The translations under genes and the position numbers were made by a program. The notes under the pieces are model-generated. The model worked only from the letters and a program-made list of their open reading frames with translations, was not told where the DNA came from and made no database searches. DNA of 32,000 nt from assembly GCF_964059055.1 (NCBI RefSeq), contig NZ_OZ060386.1:240001-272000 (forward strand), read 5' to 3'. Origin of the DNA: Buchnera aphidicola (Neophyllaphis podocarpi). Lineage in GTDB: Bacteria > Pseudomonadota > Gammaproteobacteria > Enterobacterales > Enterobacteriaceae. Position 1 is the stretch's first letter. Every line of letters begins with the position of its first letter. Shown piece after piece: positions 31,101 to 32,000 of the stretch.

Positions 31101-31301
31101 TTAAAAACTTATTTTTTGAAAGTTGTTTTCTATTAAGTTATGATTATTATATGATTTAGTATTATATTTATAAAATATAAAAAATATTATAGTAATAAAC
31201 ACAAACGTATAAAATAAACTTAGTAATAATTTTTTTATAACTAATAATATTTTTTTGAAAATATAAAATATAAATAAAAAAAAATTATAAAAAATAAACA
31301 T
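31101..31301 (-). other. Unassigned 66-codon hydrophobic ORF in the ribA-cls spacer (possible small membrane protein or gene remnant)
   Basis: The ORF is preceded on its strand by AAGGAATAAATAATG (RBS-like AAGGA 7 nt from the ATG). It has two hydrophobic stretches separated by KK..KK. The composition (F/I/K/Y/N) is what AT-rich noise encodes, and I recognise no homology. Confidence 0.2.
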
Positions 31302-31417
31302 TATTTATTCCTTGTTTTTGTATAAATTAAATTAACTTGAATTATAATTAATTAAATATTATCTTATAATATTTTATATTAAATATTATTTTTAATAAAA
31401 ATTTTTATATATAAAAC

Positions 31418-31447
31418 TCCTATATGCTAATGTTAAAACATATAGGA
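31418..31447. terminator. Weak hairpin between convergent ribA and cls
   Basis: TCCTATATG / 12-nt loop / CATATAGGA forms a 9-bp stem with 3 G-C pairs, the most GC-containing structure in the roughly 680-bp spacer. The flanks are A/T-rich on both sides, so it could act bidirectionally. Confidence 0.2.
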
Positions 31448-31663
31448 ATAATATAAAAATAAAATATTTTAATAAATACACATTAATATTTTTATATAAG
31501 ACATAAATTTTTAAATTTATTTAAATATTATATTTATTTAACCTTTAATTAATTATATATTTTAAATATTAATTTAATTTTTAGTTATATTTATTAAATA
31601 TATATTTTATATAAATATGTTTTTTATATAAATACAAATATTATGTTAGTATAGAAACGTTAG

Positions 31664-32000
31664 TTACAATAAAGGACTAAAAAAATAAAATATTTTTTCT
31701 ATTATTTTTTTCCAAATAGAACGCGTATTCCATAGTTTTTTATTTATTAAAATAGAATTATTTATATATTCTTTTTGTATACAGTATAGATTTTTACTAA
31801 ATAGTTTATCGTCAATAATTAAAGTAATTTCAAAATTTAACCAAATACTTCTCATATCTAAATTTACAGTTCCTATTACACTTAATTGATTATCTACTAA
31901 AATACTTTTAGTATGTAATAATCCTTTTTTAAACTGATAAATTTTCACACCTGATTCAAGTAATTCTGTAAAAAAAGCTTTGCTAGCCCAATGAACTAAT
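31664..32000 (-). CDS. cls: Cardiolipin synthase, C-terminal part (gene continues beyond the window end)
   Basis: The frame is open to position 32000 (..[56 protein letters not shown]....FYFFSPLL*). This is near-identical to the C-terminus of E. coli ClsA, including the second HKD motif and the terminal FYFFSPLL. Confidence 0.92.
   Translation of the reverse strand, partial: LVHWASKAFFTELLESGVKIYQFKKGLLHTKSILVDNQLSVIGTVNLDMRSIWLNFEITLIIDDKLFSKNLYCIQKEYINNSILINKKLWNTRSIWKKIIEKIFYFFSPLL

Overview
This window is extremely AT-rich and gene-dense. It holds about 30 housekeeping protein genes, one 16S rRNA gene and three tRNA genes. Only the RNA genes stand out as GC-normal islands.

Gene content and order match a reduced-genome gammaproteobacterial (Enterobacterales-derived) insect endosymbiont, most like Buchnera aphidicola. 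The order is: rnhB-dnaE-accA> <proS <argS rrs-tRNAIle-tRNAAla> (no 23S/5S follows) <gloB <rnhA dnaQ-tRNAAsp> gmhA-gpt-grpE-smpB-tadA> <acpS-pdxJ-era-rnc-lepB-lepA mnmA-purB-fabI-rnb-MarC family-lipB-lipA-pyrF> <lapA ribA> <cls (partial, runs off the window end). Blocks are collinear with E. coli neighbourhoods as I recall them, with individual genes cleanly missing (recO, hflD, lapB, pgpB, yafS).

I find no mobile element, CRISPR array, toxin or defence locus, or other accessory or novel multi-gene system. This looks like ordinary core genome and I do not want to overstate it.

The observations worth a second look concern genome erosion and RNA biology:
- lepB is split by a frameshift inside A9/A10 runs. 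A +1 slippage would restore a full two-transmembrane (TM) signal peptidase.
- proS carries a clean in-frame loss of the whole INS editing domain.
- The rRNA operon is split, but keeps an exact boxA and a 24-nt flanking processing stem. rnc in the same window is unusually well conserved.
- None of the tRNA genes encodes a 3' CCA.
- The rrs-tRNA unit ends 5 bp from convergent gloB with no credible terminator.
- A roughly 680-bp, almost pure A/T spacer between ribA and cls contains one RBS-preceded small hydrophobic ORF.

All comparisons to E. coli proteins come from memory of those sequences, not from a search.
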